Of a stretch of 64,000 nt of DNA, positions 38,003 through 51,077 are shown one piece after another. The position numbers and the translations under genes were made by a program. Numbering within the stretch: position 1 is the stretch's first letter; each line of letters begins with the position of its first letter. This DNA is from Octopus vulgaris (lineage: Eukaryota): NCBI GenBank assembly GCA_951406725.2, contig OX597815.1:194432001-194496000 (forward strand). The letters are read 5' to 3'. The notes under the pieces are model-generated. The model was not told the origin of the DNA and searched no databases. It was given only the letters and a program-made list of their open reading frames with translations.

Positions 38003-39681
38003 AATCCTTAGATTAGAAAAAAAAATATTTAAAGGAGAATACGATAAGCAATTTTGTTTTAAGTTCCATTGTTATCAGTGCCTCCAATACAAAAATGGAC
38101 ATTTCTAAGAAGAATTTCAGGAAGCAATTTTTAAATTTCTGATATATATATATATATATTTCATATTTCTTGTCTTTTTCTTTAACTGAATTTCGTTCTT
38201 ATAAAATACATTTTCTTATGATGAAATACTTTTTTTCATGTAATAATTTATTTCTATGCATTTTCCTAGGGAAAAAACATTAGTGCTTCTCACCTGGCTC
38301 GAATCGAATTAACTATCTCTTTTTCTTCTTGACTATGGAATCATGCTGAACGCTAAATTATTAATATATAAAATTCTTATATAAATGCCGCCAGGATGCC
38401 TTGAGGGAGGGATGAAAATCGATGCATAATACTTTACTCCAGCTTTATGTCGTTCAGCAGATGAAAACTCTCTTGAGTGAGAGACTACTCACTTATAAGT
38501 AACTTTTCTAGAATGGTTGCCGTCTAATTCCATTGGTAAGGTAGATCTAATTCTCTGTAGATGTGAGAATTGATTCTTCTTGAGTAAATGTTTAAGTAAA
38601 TTAAGAATATTTGAGAATTTTCTCTAAAATCGACTGATATTAAATGTATCTTTTATTAATTTATGTGAAACGCGTAAAATTTTGTGTTGCAAAGCACATT
38701 AAATTAACAATAGATTGTCAGATTAACTTAATTCACAACAAATGCAGAAACGGCACAAGTCTGCCTTGGGTATTTGGGAGAATCATTTTGTTGGATTTTA
38801 ATTCCGAGCTAAACTTTTTTCGTTGATATTTAAGCAAATTACTCATCTTTTTGCTTTTCTAACAGGCCTCACGTTTTGGAAGCTGACACAAACTTTAAGG
38901 GCACTAAACTGATGATAGAAGCGCTTACATATAGTAAGTTATCACTAGCTTTCTATTCTTTCTTATCATTGGAGCTTCTCCTGTCATAACTTTACGAGAT
39001 CCACGCACCTTTCCTTCCTCCGTTTTAATTTTGGGACGATTTCTACGTGTTCTCACTAAACGATTAATTTCAGTACAACATTGTAAGTGAAAAAAAAGAT
39101 TTATATAATTACAAAGTTACAGAGTATCCATCCGTGTTTTGTATATTACTGTAATAATTTATGTCTAATGATCATTTACAGCCTACGGAAACAGACGTTT
39201 AGTCTTCTATAAATCTGATGTCTTTTATGTATGACAGAAATATAAATTGAAAAGGTGAGTCCTTAATAGAATTAGTTTGTAGAGTTATCAAATGGAAACT
39301 CCGCCCTTGTGTAGTAGTATATACATAACATGGCAGAGTCAAGTTCTCACCAAGCTAAGCTTATTGAATGAGTGAAACCTTCAGTATTTAAACAGGTATT
39401 GAAATATCTGAGCCAAATATTCTACCTGTTTTGTGTTCGAAATGGCCAGATGTGTCCTTCCACACCAACCCCACAATATCATTCTAAACATTAACAGTTA
39501 TCTCAATGAAATCTTAAAGCTACAAGATTATTTCAAATCGTGTCAACGAACAAGCATTGTATTGGACAGAATAATTTGAATGCTAAAGGGTTAAACTCAA
39601 CAGTTTTAAGAAAGAAGAGAATAGTATTTCCCTATAATCTCCTCCTTCTACAATGAACTGAGAATACACAGGTATCTATAA

Positions 39682-40060
39682 GGCGGCGAGCTGGCAGAAC
39701 CGTTAGCACGCCGGGCGGAATGCTTAACTGTTCTGAGTTCAAATTCCGCCGAGGTCGACTTTGCCTTTCATCCTTTCGGGGTCGATAAATTAAGTACTAG
39801 TTACGCACTGGGGTCGATGTAATCGACTTAATCCCTTTGTATGTCCTTGTTTGTCCCCTCTGTGTTTAGCCCCTTGTGGGTAGTAAAGAAATAGGTATTT
39901 CGTCTGCCGTTACGTTCTGAGTTCAAATTCCGCCGAGGTCGACTTTGCCGTTCAACCTTTCAGGGTCGATAAATTAAGTACCAGTTGCGTACTGGGGTCG
40001 ATCTAATCGACTGGGCCCCTCCCACCAAATTTCGGGCCTTGTGCCCAGAGTTGGAAAGAA
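39682..40060 (+). mobile_element. SINE family 2 dimer, TSD ~AGAATACACAG
   Basis: Two body units with two different tails. Confidence 0.9.
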
Positions 40061-40147
40061 TACACAGCTGCATTTAATCATCTAGCGAAAATTTCGGTTT
40101 TTATAAAGCTAGGGATAAGAAAAAATTGAAAGCTAGTGATAACTTAC

Positions 40148-40393
40148 TACATGTAAGCGCTTCTCTCATCAGTTTAGTGCCCTTAGGGTTTGTGTCAGCC
40201 TGAAATCTCCAGCGTACATATTAACATTTAGTGGTTTCGAAGTTTGCAAATTAAATATTTCTACCATGATCTATGATCATGCATTCAGAAACGAAAATCT
40301 ACAATTACACGTGGTTCCAGCTACCTTGTAGAAAGATATAAGACGACCCTTTAAAAAAATCTCACCCATAAAAATAGAAGAGTGTTTTATAAT
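40148..40393 (-). pseudogene. Inverted paralogous exon pair (40325-40393, 40148-40199)
   Basis: Splices in frame to IIKHSSIFMGEIFLKGRLISFYK|ADTNPKGTKLMREALTC; second exon matches ADTNFKGTKLMIEALTY at 38882-38933. Confidence 0.45.
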
Positions 40394-40513
40394 CTAAACG
40401 TATCTTGTGGCTCCTCCTTACACTCAAGTGAATTGAGGTTGTAAAAATTAACTGACTTTGTGGTAGACATTTGACTCTATTGATATTATACGCAACAATT
40501 CAGTCCATTTTTG

Positions 40514-40928
40514 AGATCTTTTCGGTTTGAACGGCAGTTTTTCTAGCGGAGTCATATGAAATTGTCACTCATAATTATGACCCTAGAATCGATCTATTGC
40601 ATTTCAATCTCTTTTAGGGTTAGGGTTAGGGGTGGGGGAAGGGTATCTTTTTTTCTTCACAAATGTAAATAAACCCAATCTGTTTCTTAAGCGAGGGACA
40701 TATTCATACGGCACAGAATGCTTTTTAACTCAATAGACGTCACTGATTGGTTGAAATTGCAGAAATTGAAGAAAAAAAGCAACAAATATCTTACAAACTA
40801 TGGAATTTTCTCAATAAAGCCAAAATAAAAAGATGTTTTATAAACACATTCTACCAGTATACGAAGTTTAACATTTTTAGTTACCTAGAAATTATGTTAA
40901 AAACTGCCGTTCAAACCGAAAATATACC
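40514..40928. mobile_element. Second copy of the 21438-21852 MITE
   Basis: High identity along the whole length, including the TTAGGG-like tract. Confidence 0.88.
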
Positions 40929-41512
40929 AGGAAATCTCGCATCTTAATCTCGCAACTAGATTACCAGTGGTTTTTTGTCTGTATTATGATTTCATCTGAT
41001 TCATTAACTTATATATTAAATCAGAGTACTCTCTGTTTTTGATACACGATGAAATAACAGAGATAACATAGTAAAGTTTAGCACCAGGTTATAAATGAAT
41101 AACATGTTTAGTTGGTTGTATTAGAAATACCATATTTGTCATATACAACGAATATAAAAGCTAACATATTTTCCTCCGACTGAGCAGGTGTTTAAAATGT
41201 GCTTTTCTCTTACAATTGTCAATTTTGCATTTTAACTGATATTGTATATATGTATACATACTTTTTATCTTATATTAAACTTTTTAATACTTTTTGATAG
41301 TTATATATATTTAATTAAAAATATATATATATATAAAATATAATAAATATATATATATAACAATTCTTAAATATAAATTAATCTTAATTTTAAATTAAAA
41401 TTTAAAAATTTTATATATTTTGTATATTATATTATTTTTATTTTTATGTTTTGGTTTATATTTTTCACTGTTTCATTTGCCTAATAGTGGTTTTATCTCT
41501 AATTTAATTTAT

Positions 41513-41859
41513 ATAGAATGGTTGTATACTGTCAACTTAACGTCACAGTAAGGGAACTACACCACCGCTGTTTAGCCCTAGGAAGCATCAACGATTCCTG
41601 TCGGCCTCGACACATTTCCTGTGTCCTTATATATTTACGAAGGGGAGACAAAGACATGATGGGCAAGGACCCTGAAACATGCGTGTCTCTAGATGCAGGC
41701 CTAGCTGTTGGGGGTATTTGTCTCCCCTTCGTAAATATATAAGGACTCAAGAAATGTGTCGAGGCCGACAGGAAGCGTCGATGTTTCCTTCTAGGGCTAA
41801 ACAGCGGTGATGTAGTTCCCTTACTGTCACGTTAAGTTGACAGTATACAACCACTCTAT
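41513..41859. repeat. ~345-bp foldback element with degenerate hammerhead-like loop
   Basis: Arms 41513-41652 and 41717-41859; loop contains agac-AUGAU-GGG caagga CCC-u-GAAAC-AUGC-GU-gucu. Confidence 0.85.
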
Positions 41860-41925
41860 CGCCCCACCACCGTACATAGAAATTTAATATTTCTGATTAA
41901 TTTATACACACACACACACACACAT

Positions 41926-41986
<61 letters not shown>

Positions 41987-41997
41987 TGTGTGTGGTG

Positions 41998-42060
<63 letters not shown>

Positions 42061-42379
42061 GCTGTATATATATATATATATATATATACAAATATTCTAT
42101 AATTACAAACATAATTATAAACTGCATATGACCAAGATGGCAATAATATACGGACGGTTGGATAGCTGAGTTCAGAGATCATTCAGAACAAGAAAAATGG
42201 GAACATGCCGTTCCTGTGAAACATTCCTGCCCTGCTCCCAATTCTGTTTAACCCATAGAGCCCATCTAACAGCTGAGTGCGAGACAATCCAACACTATTA
42301 TACCAACAATATTGCCCAGTGCAATAGGTGAGTTACTGGGAAAGGATAAAAGTGCTGAGGAAACTAGAAATATATGAAG

Positions 42380-42443
<64 letters not shown>

Positions 42444-42447
42444 TACT

Positions 42448-42812
42448 ACGGCACTCCATCGGTTACGACGACGAGGGTTCAATTTGATCCAATCAACGGA
42501 ACAGCCTGCTCGTGAAATTAACGTGCAAGTGGCTGAGCACTCCACAGACACGTGTACCCTTAACGTAGTTCTCGGGTAGATTTAGCGTGACACAGAGTGT
42601 GACAAAGCTTGCCCTTTGAAATATAGATATAACAGAAAGAGTGAGAGAAAATTGTGGTGAAAGAGTACAGCAGGGTACGCCACCACCTCTTGCCGGAGCG
42701 TCGTGGAGCTTTAAGTATTCCCGTTCAATAAACCCTCACAACACCCGTTCTGGAAATCACGATCCTACGACCGCGAGTCCGCTGCCCTAAGGACTGGGCC
42801 ATTGCGCCTCCA
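42448..42812 (-). mobile_element. SINE family 3
   Basis: Matches 24361-24737. Confidence 0.88.
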
Positions 42813-42899
42813 CACACACAATCACACATACACACACACAGACACACACACACAGACACATACACAGACACACATACACACGACATATCTAGCAGAATC

Positions 42900-43270
42900 T
42901 AGCACCTAACTTTAGTATCGACATCTATACAAAACTGCTTCCTGGACGCATAGTACGAAAGCCCTCAATTTAGTGTGAGAACGTAATACTGCAACACATT
43001 GGGGTTGAAGGGTCCATAAATTTTGAATACTTTGCTAAAAGTCATAGAGACCTATAATGCGTAAATGAATTTAAAAAAAACATATGTGCAAAATTTATCT
43101 ACATACTAAATAAATCCACCCCGCGGCAAGAAATACGGACGAGGACGGCAATGTCCAGTACCCTCATAGATAAAAACCAAACAGGTGAGAGGAGAGCGTT
43201 GACCTGATATGAAATATATTAAAAATCACACAAATGGTGGGGGTACCTAGCATGGTCGCAGTCTTTGTCT
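42900..43270 (+). mobile_element. Old CR1/L2-like 3' fragment
   Basis: YCNTLGLKGP motif and a CCTAGCATGGTCGCAG tail. Confidence 0.55.
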
Positions 43271-43669
43271 GGCGAGCACACACACACAAAATATATTGTT
43301 TATACATGTTTATATATAAAAGGAAAACGTGTTATTGAATTACAAGGAAGAACGAAAAACCAAAAGCTCCCAATCCCCTTCCACACACACAAATACACGC
43401 AGACAAAATACAAGAACACATCATGTCTCTCCAGGATGTTTGAATACACTAACTTCAATAACATATATCAATTAAAATGCACTTTATTTCATTGCTGGCA
43501 GTTTATTTTCATTTATGCAAGAATTCTATCATGGCTGCTTTGACATAACTGCGACTCAGTCGGTTATACACTTCCGCCAGTGGTTATTAAGCAATTTCCA
43601 GCAAAGCTGTTTGAAAGCCTGAAATAGACGTTTATCTCGAATTACAAAAGAAATAGACACACTGATCAG

Positions 43670-43952
<283 letters not shown>

Positions 43953-44522
43953 GCGCGTAGGTCTGTATGGATATGTGTGTATATATAGTTTCGTATATAT
44001 AATTGTCCGCGTATATGTGTTTGAATGTTAGAGTATATATGTGCAAGCTAACATATCTAAACAAGTACACGTACCAACAAACCCATACACACATGAAAAC
44101 ATATATTAATGTAGATATATAAATATTCATACGAGTTTTGTAGATAAATGGAGAGATATAGGTAGTTATAAAGATAGAGATATGAAAAAGAGAAGGTGAA
44201 TAAGTAGACAGACAGTAGACGCATTAATTCCCTCCACACCCTCTCTACACTTGCTATCAAACTAGGTGGGCAAACCATTACGTCTGGCACCAACTTGGCT
44301 GCTGGGTGCAAACGAAATGTCTTCAGGAAACGAACTATAACAAAAAGACAGAAAAAAAAGGTGCAAATGTTTTCGCGTGTGCATCTGTGTGAGTGCGTAT
44401 GCCTTATGAACGTGTGAATGTACGTGTCTGTCTTTACATATATATATATGTGTGTGTGTCTGTATACATATATATATATATATATATACATATATACACA
44501 TATACATGTATTTATATATATA

Positions 44523-44695
44523 TAGTTAATCCAAACATGAAAGCACAAAAAAAAAAAAACAACGCGAGGACGTGGAACAAATATAGCATTATTGGACGCT
44601 CAGGAAAGAAGGAGGGTTTAATGTTTCGAGCGGAGCTCTTCGTCATAAGAGAAGGAAAGATCCAGAGAAGGGAAGACAGAGGAAAAAAAATCACA
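44523..44695 (-). mobile_element. Family C element (copy 2), mutated hammerhead at 44617-44649
   Basis: Minus strand AUGACGA-a-GAGC-ucc-GCUC-GAAAC-AUUA. Confidence 0.65.
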
Positions 44696-44729
44696 CGTAT
44701 ATATATCTGTGTGTGTGTGTATATATATA

Positions 44730-45126
44730 TCTTTTACTCTTTTACTTGTTTCAGTCATTTGACTGTGGCCATGCTGCAGCGCCGCCTTCAGTCGACCAAA
44801 TCGACCCCAGGACTTATTCTATCGGTCTCTTTTTGCCGAACCGCTAAGTTACGGGGACGTAAACACACCAGCATCGGTTGTCAAGCGATGTGGGGGGGGG
44901 GGGAAACAAGCACACACACACACAAACATATACATACGCATACATATTATATATATACACAAACGACGGGCTTCTTTCAGTTTCCGTCTACCAAATCCAC
45001 TCACAAGGCTTTGGTCGGCCCGAGGCTATAGTAGAAGACATTTACCCAAGGTGCCACGCAGTGGGACTGAACCCGGAACCATGTGGTTCATTAGCAAGTT
45101 ACTTACCACACAGCCACTCCTACGCC
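44730..45126 (-). mobile_element. SINE family 1
   Basis: Matches family consensus. Confidence 0.9.
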
Positions 45127-45491
45127 TATATATATATATATTTAGCAGAAGCAAGAAAGTGACTCAAGTGCCGATACATTCATACATATACACATACATA
45201 TACATAAATACAGATACACACGCGCATGTGTGTAGGTATGTATGAATGTTTGTATGTATGTATGTATGTATGTATGTATGGGTGTGTGTTTTAGTTCACT
45301 TAGCAATCAGGTAGTGTCCTCTACGATCCCACTGTGCTGCTTGCTGGTCAAATTTATTCTAGCGATATGTCCGTTTGGCTAATAGATTTTTAGTAGAAAG
45401 GACTTGTGGGAACAGCGCAGATATCCATCACAAACACACTGACACACATACAAATACACACACCCCGCACACACATAAACTCACACATAGA

Positions 45492-45554
<63 letters not shown>

Positions 45555-45555
45555 T

Positions 45556-46160
45556 CGTATATTTGACATTTGAATATGGCTAACCCCTAAGGGTGGATGC
45601 TACTGTAGTTTGTAGCCCCAGGAGGACACCTCCTCCAGCTGGCTATAGACACAATTTCTGTGCCCTATCAGTATTTGCGAAGGGAAGCCATCTTTCCCGT
45701 CTTCAACTTATGATACACACGGACTCGAGTTTCAGGGTATTGTCCCGTCATCGGCGTGTGACAATCACAGTTGTCGATGAGAAGTCGGTTCCCTTCACAA
45801 ATACATATACTTTTTCCAGTATCGATTGACACTGATATTGAAAAAGTGAAATCAAACAATGATAAATCTCAGAGCGAGTTATAAACAGTAGCAGCAACAC
45901 ATCGTGACGTATATTTGCCATTTGAATATGGCTAACCCCTAAGGGTCCGTGTGTATCATAAGTTGAAGACGGGAAGAATGGCTTCCCTTCGCAAATACTG
46001 ATAGGGCACAGAAAGTGTGTCTATAGCCAGCTGGAGGAGGTGTCCTCGTGGGGCTACAAACTACAGTAGCATCCACTCTTAGGGGTTAGCCATATTCAAA
46101 TGGCAAATATACGTCACGATGTGTTGCTGATAGTGTTTATAACTCGCTCTGAGATTTATC

Positions 46161-46163
<3 letters not shown>
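45556..46163 (-). mobile_element. Retrozyme-like element E: 352-nt tandem monomer plus inverted copy, within (TA)n
   Basis: Direct repeat at 45556 and 45908; 45945-46163 is the reverse complement of monomer sequence. Confidence 0.82.
45716..45760 (-). ncRNA. Minimal hammerhead ribozyme motif (U4C variant)
   Basis: cacacg-CCGAUGA-cGGG acaaua CCCu-GAAAC-UCGA-GUC-cgugug; perfect 6-bp stem I, palindromic stem III. Confidence 0.82.
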
Positions 46164-46196
<33 letters not shown>

Positions 46197-46421
46197 CAAT
46201 AATGATAAAGGGTAAAATTAATTAATTAATTAATTAGTAATTAAAATTTTACCAAGTAGTTCGGTATGTTAAAAGGACCATTATCGGTAAACATAAACAA
46301 AAAATTTATAATTATGAGTATAATTATAATTAGGGTTCAGCAAAAATTTGCTTCATCACATACCGAAATTTAGAAATAGCAGTTAAAACTATCTATTTCA
46401 CTACCATTAGAAAATCTCCCA

Positions 46422-46469
<48 letters not shown>

Positions 46470-47029
46470 GTATATAAGATTCAGTATAGGTACTTATATT
46501 GAGGCACCTCGTTAGGTGGGAATAATACACGCACACACAACAATATTATTCAAATATCAAACTTGGTACACACGTACCGCCGAATGATATTCGTGCAGTG
46601 TATGTAGACAATTAGACTCATCTGAGTAAAGAAATCCGCTCTTGAGCTATTCAGACGTGTACATTATATCAAATATACGGTCCATAATATTTATCAAGGG
46701 CAAATTCCGAGACAGGTGAATAAAGTATAAATGAATAACGGTAGACGTACAGGTGTCAATCCATTACGTCTGCTCCTAATGATTCCTTTAATTGATTAAT
46801 GAAAACGTTGCATCATTGTAAAGAAGGTTGATGTGTTGTTTTTGTGTAAGCGCTTTTGGTATTAAATTTTAAAAAATAACCTTATAGAGTTATAAAAAAT
46901 ATCTTCAGATAACAGAATAACATGAGCCTTTTGGAAGGTCGGTGTATCGATTTTGTGTAAGCGCTTTCCGTGTTAAATTTAAAAAGAAAACGTTATGGAG
47001 TCATCCGTATAGAGGAAGCTCTATAAATA

Positions 47030-47441
47030 GGCGGCGAGCTGGCTGAAACGTTAGCACGCCGGGTGAAATGCTTAGCGGTATTTCGTCTGCGTTACGTTGT
47101 GAGTTCAAATTCCGCCGAGGTCGACTTTGCCTTTCATCCTTTCGAGGTCGATAAATTAAGTACCAGTAACGCACTGGGGTCGATGTAATCGACTTAATAC
47201 CTATGTCTGTCCTTGTTTGTCCCCTCTGTGTTTAGCCCCTTGTGGGTAATAAAGAAATAGGTATTTCGTCTGCTGTTACGTTCTGAGTTCAAATTCTGCC
47301 GAGGTCGACTTTGACTTTCATCCTTTCGAGGTCGATAAATTAAGTACCAGTTACGCACTGGGTCGATAAAATCGACTTAATCCGTTTGCCTGTCCTTGTT
47401 TGTCCTCTCTCGGTTTAGCCCCTTGTGGGTAGTAAAGAAAT
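47030..47441 (+). mobile_element. SINE family 2 dimer, TSD ~CGTATAGAGGAAGCT
   Basis: Head plus two units. Confidence 0.9.
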
Positions 47442-47820
47442 ACGTATAGAGGAAGCTTCTTTAAGTAGCGGTTTTGACGTTATTTTCAGTTTCTTTTTCC
47501 CCTTTCTCTCTACTCCACCCATCCCACATATACGTGATTGAAAAATATAGAAAAATATACGAAAACAGAGACAGGCAGAAGAACAGTAAACAAGGTGTAT
47601 TCGTTTGACGATCAAGAAAAATAGAGTTTCGAACTACAAGAAATGAGGCAAGAAAACAAATGGAGAGAGAAGAACGGAGAGGAATATAGAAACGTATCTA
47701 TGCACACCCAGAACAATGAAAGCAGTGCCCAAGCATGGCCACAGGCAAATGTCTAAAACAGTAACGCAATAAAGAAAAGATAAAACAGAATTTTCCTAAT
47801 CACATTTGTCTATTAAAATT

Positions 47821-48128
47821 GTTGTTGTTTGTTCCTTCTCGAGCTACGCCTGGCTCATAAAGGCCGGTTTGCCGGTTTCCTTGGCGTATAGGTTCCCCAC
47901 CTGAATGGGACGCCGGTCCGTCGCAGGTGAGCTGCAAGATGCAGGAGGAAAGAGTGAGAGAAAGTTGTGGCGAAAGAGTCAGCAGAAGTTCGCCTTTACC
48001 TTCAGCCGGAGCCGCGTGGAGCTTAGGTGTTTCACTCATAAGCTCACACATCGCCCGGTGTGAGATTCGAACTCGCTGTCCCTTGACCGCGAGTCCGCTG
48101 CTCTAACCACTAGGCCATGTACCTCCAC
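47821..48128 (-). mobile_element. tRNA(Arg)-like SINE family 4
   Basis: Head GGCCTAGTGGTTAGAGCAGCGGACTCGCGG; TSD ~GTCT(A/G)TTAAAATT; copies at 53391 and 62712. Confidence 0.88.
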
Positions 48129-48515
48129 GTCTGTTAAAATTATGTTCAGCTATTTTTTACTTTGTGTGTGTGTGTGTGTGTGTGTGTGTATAGGGGTGGC
48201 GTTTCGAAGCTTTCTTTTCATTTTCCGTTGGCCTGAACACTATCTCTTGGTACATTCGTAAGGCTGTCAAGATTAATACACTTTCTTATTATTCTCCTTG
48301 CTACTGAGGGGTGTTTCAGGTGAAACTTTATACTTCAGCATATCTACTTAGCTACCTTAATGATATGAGGAGCTGAAAACACACCTGCGATTGAGTTTAT
48401 CTTTTGAAATAACATGGAACCATTTTTGATGTTGTTGTTTAGCCCTCAACTCTCAGCAAAGTCTAAATTGAAGAAAATCTCACCGTGTCTGCTATGTTTG
48501 TATGTATATATGTAT

Positions 48516-49113
48516 ATTATTATTTGAAGATTTCTTGCCAATAGAGAAATAACCGGTTTGTAACCTAGATCCAAGGTTCCTTCATTGGAATGTCAACATC
48601 AACAGGGTATGTATGTATGTATGTGCAGATTTATGTATGTATGGGCAGATTTGTATATTTTATGTTTGTATTCTCATGTACATAGTTGCATATCTAGACA
48701 TGCTCATATATATATATATTTAAACCATAAACCTCTGGAATGTTCCAGTGATGACTTGGATCTGTAGTCTTTCTCCTTTCTGGTTTTGAGAAACCTAATT
48801 TCTCAAGATTGGTATTTAGGCAGTGTATTATATCCCAGGATTCCAATAATTACAGGTATAAACCTGAACTTGTAATCTGGATAGACTAACTGCAGATTTT
48901 TCAATAGTTCAGCGTAGGTGTTCTCTTTTTCACTGATCTTCAGCTTTATGTTAACATCCGCTGGGTAGCTAATTTCCACAACTGTGCACAGTTTCTCTTC
49001 TCAAATCATAATAAAGAAACATATCTATCAAATAAAGAAACATATCTCAAATCCTTCTATCAGGTCTGTTGTGCTTGCATTTTATTGAGGTCTTCACTGG
49101 TACATTGCACCAG
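48516..49113 (-). mobile_element. R4/Dong-type LINE 3' fragment with restriction-like endonuclease motif
   Basis: Minus-strand KCKHNRPD...CTVVEISYPADVNIKLKISEKENTYAEL...FIPVIIG. Confidence 0.75.
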
Positions 49114-49246
49114 TGTTCCTTTTGCATGTATGTATGTATGTATGTATGTATGTATCTATCAATCAATCAGTCTATCTATTTATCTATATAAATATTCACA
49201 ACAATCATTATGGAGTGAGCAACTTGTTTTATCGCATAATCCTACA

Positions 49247-49288
<42 letters not shown>

Positions 49289-49377
49289 AGCACGTGACAA
49301 ACTGGAAGAATCGTTCATGGCCTGTACAAACCTGGCGGAACCTGTCTTTCTCCCTGTGTGGACATTACTACTTTCTT

Positions 49378-49464
<87 letters not shown>

Positions 49465-49585
49465 GAATTGTTTTCACTACTGCATTAGCATTATTTTTTA
49501 TCTACACCCTAAAGAATGAAAACCAAAATTAGCCTCAGCAGCATTTGAACGTAGAATGCAAGAATCGGAAAAAAAATACCGCATA

Positions 49586-49801
49586 TACTCTTTACTCTTT
49601 TGCTTGTTTCAGTCATTTGACTGCGGCCATGCTGGAGCACCGCCTTTAATCGAGCAACTCAACCCCGGGACTTATTCTTTTTGTAAGCCCAGTACTTATT
49701 CTATCGGTCTCTTTTGCCGAAACGCTAAGTAACGGGGACATAAACACACCAGCATCGGTTGTCAAGCAATGCTAGGGGGACAAACACAGACATACAAACA
49801 A

Positions 49802-49850
<49 letters not shown>

Positions 49851-50006
49851 TACGACAGGTTTCTTTCAGTTTCCGTCTACCAAATCCACTCACAAGGCAT
49901 TGGTCGGCCCGGGGCTATAGCAGAAGACACTTGCCAAAGATGCCACGCAGTGGGACTGAACCCGGTTGGTTAGCAAGCTACTTACCACACAGCCACTCCT
50001 ACGCCT
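49586..50006 (-). mobile_element. SINE family 1
   Basis: Matches family consensus. Confidence 0.9.
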
Positions 50007-50887
50007 ATCATTCAATTCGATGCACTACTGTTCTAGTTCTTCACTTTATTCATATTATAATATACAAAATAAACATTGAGGAAAATAAAAACGCGGAGAG
50101 ACATCAACAAAACTTGATAACTTATACAAACAAATTTATAATAAATAATAAAATAATATCAGAAGCAGAGATAAAACAACTCGTTATATATACACTGACA
50201 GTAAAAGAAAAGAAACGACAATACACAATAAGATAAGCAAATGCAATCCAATGAACATAGTACAACATAACCGACCAGGCAACACATAAAAACAATTGAT
50301 TCCCTTTTGTGTAATTAAAAATAACAGAAGTTAACAAAATGGACAAGTCCTCAGAGCAAAACAAACACACATAAAGAAGATCAAAGTCTAAAACAAATAC
50401 GAAGACGAGACAAGACAAGAACAGATGGAAATGTCTGCTCGAATATCTATCCGTCACTATAATAAAAAATGATACTCTACGGGGAAAAAAATCTATCAGA
50501 AATCATTAAAAAAACAAGTAGCAAAAGAAAAAATCATGATAATAGTAAGCACCGGAAGAAAGAGTATTCGGATGAAAAAGCTTTTCACGCTAAGGATAAA
50601 CAAACTACCGCAGGAAATACCAGTTAAATATAAAAATTTCCTTCAAGATATAATCTGCATTAAGACTAGCCCAAAAAATCAATACGCTGTTATGTCAGCT
50701 AATTTATTCACCAGCCATGGTTTTAGTATTTATAACATAATTCGACCCAACCTAATACAGTGACTGACTCCACGAGCAACCACGCCGAGGTTAATGGAAA
50801 TAAGATGTACAGTAGATTTACAAAAATAGTAAAAAAAAACACAATTTTTGTACGAAATAGAAGTTATAAATATGATAAAGTAATCTG

Positions 50888-50918
<31 letters not shown>

Positions 50919-51077
50919 GCCTGTCCGTCTCTCTCTCTCTGTCTATCTACTTGTCTGTCTGTCCGTCTCTCTCTCAGTCTATCTATCTATCTATTTTTAT
51001 TTTATTTTTTTTTATTTTATCTAATTTCAGCTCACGAGCTGTGGCCATGCTGGGGCACCGCCATTAAAAATATAACG

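Larger units (their letters stand above)
21865..39254 (+). pseudogene. Putative unprocessed multi-exon pseudogene or spliced lncRNA, product unknown
   Basis: AG/GT-bounded segments at 21865-21886, 22459-22583, 26888-26989, 34375-34514, 35076-35232, ~35462-35842, 37339-37367, 38458-38540, 38866-38933 and 39182-39254; mostly compatible phases, scattered stops. Confidence 0.35.

Noticed and set aside
44393-45031. 212-aa ORF
   Set aside because: Chance read-through of a microsatellite, the family-C element and a SINE
50330-50870. A-rich region, possibly a LINE ORF1 remnant
   Set aside because: No recognisable motif; not supportable
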